Assembly: GCA_965113315.1 (NCBI GenBank)
Contig: OZ220364.1
DNA: 64,000 nucleotides
Source of the DNA: Podarcis vaucheri
Lineage: Eukaryota
Strand: one strand, 5' to 3'
Position numbers and translations under genes: made by a program. Below, one piece after another: positions 60,265 to 64,000 of this stretch (positions are counted from its first letter, which is position 1; each line of letters opens with the position of its first letter). Below the pieces are notes generated by a model, which searched no databases, was not told where the DNA came from, and saw only the letters and a list, made by a program, of their open reading frames with translations.

Positions 60265-61308
60265 TTAGATTCGGGTGGTTTTGTCTTCTGTTTGTTCTTC
60301 GACCTCTTCCTCCTCCTCCTCCTCCCCCCCCTCCCCCTCGTCCCCTCCTCCCCTGGCTCCTCCCTCCCTCTCTAGTCTCTCCTCTAGACACCCCTCCCTT
60401 CTTTCTTCCCTCTCTCCATCCCTCTCCCCATATCTTTCCTCTACCCCCCCGAGGTCCTTTTCATATCTACGTAGAAATTTACTGACTTCCTGATTGTCAG
60501 TTATCTTAAATCTTTTCCCTTTGTAAAAAAAGGAAATCCCTTCTGGGAATTCCCATCTGTGTTGTATGCCATTTTTCCTTAAAATGCCGACTATTTGTTT
60601 GTAGCCCTCTCTTTTTCGAAGTAGTCTAATTGGGATTTCTTTGAGGATAATAATTGGTTTTCCATCGATCACCAATTTCTTCTGGTAGCTCTCTCTCAAA
60701 ATCATATTTCTCATGTCTATCGATCTAAAGATCACTAGGCAGTCTCCTGGGACTTTTTTCAATCTATTTTGTTTGGGTCTTATTTTTATTCTAAAAGCGT
60801 TTTCTATTTTTTGCGCAACCTCTTCTTCTTTCAATACAAGCCAAGTCGCAAGTTCTTTAATCATTTTCCCTTTTATGTCTTCCTCTCTTTCTTCCCCTAT
60901 TCCTCTGAATTTTAGGTTTAACTGCTTTTGTTTCATCTCCATCAAGGCTAGGTTGTCTAACACCTGTTCTTGAGTTTTACTCAATTCTCCAAAATTTTCT
61001 TTAGTTTTTTCAGCTTCTTTTCTCTGGTCTCTCAAATCTTTTTGCATTTTTTTATTTAGTTCTTCTAAAGACTTTGTTTTGACTGTTAAATCTTTTATTT
61101 TGTTTGAGAGTTCCCCTGTAACAGCTTCAATCTTTTTATCAAAGGATTCCTGCATCTCTCCTAACTTTTTTTCTATACGTGTCTCATTCTGTCTGAATTC
61201 CTCTTTTATTTTCAGCCATAATGCATCTAAATCTTTTATTTCCTCTTGCCTTGAAATTCTCCTATCCATTGGTGTTCCCACAGCCTTCTTTCCGTCTCTC
61301 CCCGTCAT
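60265..61308 (-). CDS. L1 ORF1p (coiled coil plus Transposase_22-like RRM/CTD; ~347 aa from the first ATG at 61308)
   Basis: Heptad-rich N-half, an 'NLKFRGIGEE' motif like the L1 ORF1 RRM start, then 'IQHRWEFPEG'. Lies upstream of ORF2 with a 54-nt spacer. The track start at 61347 is GTG. Confidence 0.88.
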   Translation of the reverse strand: MTGRDGKKAVGTPMDRRISRQEEIKDLDALWLKIKEEFRQNETRIEKKLGEMQESFDKKIEAVTGELSNKIKDLTVKTKSLEELNKKMQKDLRDQRKEAEKTKENFGELSKTQEQVLDNLALMEMKQKQLNLKFRGIGEEREEDIKGKMIKELATWLVLKEEEVAQKIENAFRIKIRPKQNRLKKVPGDCLVIFRSIDMRNMILRESYQKKLVIDGKPIIILKEIPIRLLRKREGYKQIVGILRKNGIQHRWEFPEGISFFYKGKRFKITDNQEVSKFLRRYEKDLGGVEERYGERDGEREERREGCLEERLEREGGARGGGDEGEGGEEEEEEEVEEQTEDKTTRI

Positions 61309-64000
61309 CTGCCCACCCCCCTCTCCTCCCCGCCACCCACCCCTCACAATGAGTTAATTTAAGGGTTTTTTAAAATTTCACCGGCAGGACATGCAATCTT
61401 AGGTATTTTAGATATCACAAAAACAGTTACGTTGACCTGTTCCCTGAATTCAAACAATATTTATGTTAATGATGTTTTTTAGGTCAACGTAGAACTGAAT
61501 TTCCGTTGAGTAATAAAGGTGTAAAAAAGCCAAAAATAAAAAAAGGGGGAAATGCTAGGATATGCTGGAGGTATGACCCAAAGAAGAAGCAATAGAAAAG
61601 CAATAGAAAAGTTAATACAGTCTAAGTAAATCAGGTGATATGAAGGTGATATGAAAGCTTCTCTTTTGGTTTTCAGCCACTTGTTTGGCTTAATCCATTC
61701 CCCTGTAAAATAGGTTCTTGTCCTATTTTCACTGGGTCAGCCGCGTGTAGTGTTGCTGCCTGGATATGTAAACAAGGGTTCTTATCCTATTAATATTTCC
61801 TTAAATACAGCCAACAGTCAAAGGGCTTGAAAATAGGGGGGGTGGGCATGGGAAGGGGAAGGGGAGGGACAGGAGGAGAGGGGGGGTAACAAAGGGGCAG
61901 ACGCCGAAACAGAGATTCCTGGAGTTTCGGGGTTTCTCTGCCAAGTTTGGATTTCTCCAAGAAGGGGGGGGGGGAGTTTAAACTCAAAAAAAGAAAAGGG
62001 AAAAAAAAAAAAAAAAAGAAAAGTTTAGTCCCAGTCTCAAAAAGGAGAGGTCTAATCCCAGTCTCAACAAGAAGAGGCAAAAAAGCGGCTAATTCAGCGG
62101 CGCAGGTTCAATCCAAAAAGAAAGAGGCAAAAAGATCCTTCCCAGTCTCTAAGTCCTTTGCGGAGATCGGTTTCAGGTAGGTCCAACCGGACAACCCCCC
62201 AGATAGAAGCAAGCTGTTTCTTCTCCCACACAGGGGCTTGCGCACTGTGTTCCTTTTAATATTAAACAGTATGGCAACAGGCTACAAAAGCTGAGAAGCC
62301 ACAGAAGCTGGAGAGCCAAAAAGAATGCAGGTACAGCAGGTCGGGGTAGTTTTAATCCGTCATGTGAGTTTACGGAGCGTTCTAGAGTTTCTCCGTTCGC
62401 TCCTCCCGATTTCCCCTTCAAATTTCTATCCAGCTCTCCGATAGTCCACTTTTTCATACAAAGTCTCTAGAATTTCCTTTCATTTGTACACTTCTTTTAG
62501 TAGTTACTTTACTTTGCCCCGCGGAATCCCTGGCGGGGACTTCCCTCTCTTTGTTCTACAGCGGGTGAAGCTTGTTACTTTGTCTCGCTCTTCCGATTAG
62601 CTTCCCAGCGCCATCTTAACCCCGAAATACAGGTCGGGCTCCTTAACTTAATCCATTAACATCCACTGCACCTTAAGGTCTATTTGTCTGATTTTTACAG
62701 TTCAGCATTTATCTTTCAATTCCAAAGGCAGCAGTTCTGAAAAATTTCGGAAGTCTGTCGCCACTTTTCAGCGGGGGCTCGAGACATAGCTGCGCGGGGT
62801 CGCAGAGCTTACCGGAATGCGTCTCTCGGTCCCATTGCTTCAGAATCCTCCCCAGAATAGAGAAGAATCCAAAAGGCTCGGACCTCTCCGACGCTGCTGG
62901 CAGCACTTCCTACCAGGGGGCCCCCCTGGAAGTTTTGGGGTCGCAGTGCCTTTGCGTTGCCCCTCAAAACCCCCGCGCAGTTCGGGGAAGTCGCACAGCA
63001 ACTTCTCCGCGCTCCCGTACTGCTGGCGATCCAAACCGGAAGTCTCGGCACCCGTGTTTAAATCACCACCTTGTTACATTTTCTATGAAAGTGAAGTTGA
63101 TAAATATTTTAATAATACAAAATCATAAAACTCCTAAATCAGCCTTCCCCAACCTGTGGCCTCCAGATGTTGTTGGACTCCAGTTCCCATCAGACCCAGA
63201 CAGCATAGCCAATAGTCAGGGATGATGGGAGTTGGAGTCCAGCAACATCTAAGGGGGCCTCAGGTTGGGGAAGGTTGCTGTGAATCCTTGGGGCTCCCAT
63301 ATGAATTTGCCTGTATTTTGAGATTTTCCGTGGAGGTTCTGATCTGGATCCTTTTCTTCTCTTCAGTGTAGTGTATGGTTACTCTCTGGAACAAGGCCTT
63401 TTTAACAGTGGCACCAGAAATGTTGCCAGAATTGTGGAACTCCTTCCTGGGAAGTTTTACTGTGCTAACATTTAGACAGGCAGCAAAGGAGGTGCTTTTT
63501 TCAGAAGGTCTGCAGGACTGAGTTTGAGGGAATACAATATGTTTGTCCTGCTGACTTTCTTTTTACCATTTAACCAATGAGTTACTAATTTTCTTCTGTT
63601 CTGCTTGTGGCATTTTGCCTTATTCATACTTTTAAAAAATATTTGGATTTTAAATTTGAGCTGCTTTAAGATTTTTATTTTTAATTCAAATGGCAGAATG
63701 TAAATATTTTTATATTGAAATACGTATATTTCTGTGTCTTACCTGTGCTAACAGCATTCATATTTAGCCACCAACAGTATGAGAGAGGGTCAAGTTATTT
63801 TTTTTCCTCGACCAGGGGTGGAGGTTTACCCAAGTATCAATAAACTTGAATATTTCACCCAGTTATTAAAACATAAAACCCTGCTAGCTGTGAAGGCAGT
63901 TAAGGTAAAAAGTTTACAGTAATAGGAACAATAGTTGCTAACCATCCCCCAAGTCCTGATGTTGAACTCTGTGATAAGATCATCCATAATACCTCCTGGG

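Larger units (their letters stand above)
56216..63044 (-). mobile_element. Full-length L1-clade LINE (~6.83 kb), antisense in TWF2 intron 3
   Basis: 16-bp TSD tcggcacccgtgttta at 56200-56215 and 63045-63060; poly(A) tail (T-run from 56216); 5' end GACTTCCGG; two intact ORFs. Confidence 0.96.

Noticed and set aside
63061-64000. Search for TWF2 exon 4 (expected VRLKMLYAAT...)
   Set aside because: Not found here or at 54947-56200; it presumably lies beyond the window.
1-64000. CRISPR arrays, operons or prokaryotic defence systems
   Set aside because: The DNA is vertebrate; the repeats are dispersed transposons and microsatellites with no repeat-spacer periodicity.

Overview
This is eukaryotic DNA, almost certainly from a squamate and probably a lacertid lizard, judging by the Sauria/Squam1, Squam3-like and Squam2-like SINEs and lizard-type L1s. 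Two host genes lie head-to-head, each with its own CpG island. PPM1M (PP2C-family phosphatase) is on the minus strand, with coding exons 1-2 at 7181-6934 and 863-740, and continues off the left edge. TWF2 (twinfilin-2) is on the plus strand, with coding exons 1-3 at 20487-20511, 38663-38740 and 54768-54946, and continues off the right edge. The 3' splice site of TWF2 exon 2 also encodes an in-frame ATG-led MFLILL peptide, consistent with a muscle-type twinfilin-2b start from an internal promoter. The rest is intron or intergenic DNA rich in transposons: a full-length, ORF-intact 6.8-kb L1 with a 16-bp TSD antisense in TWF2 intron 3; a Penelope-like (GIY-YIG) 3' fragment carrying a minimal hammerhead ribozyme, plus a second ribozyme-only fragment; RTE, CR1, L2 and L1 relics; tRNA- and 5S-derived SINEs; and hAT and Tc1/mariner-pogo MITEs. 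One MITE family carries a 62-bp internal palindrome with seven fully compensatory substitutions between copies. Most short ORFs in the supplied track look spurious. I see no clearly new multi-gene system; the best leads are the RNA/DNA structural elements and the isoform start. Gene and repeat names come from recognition, not database searches.
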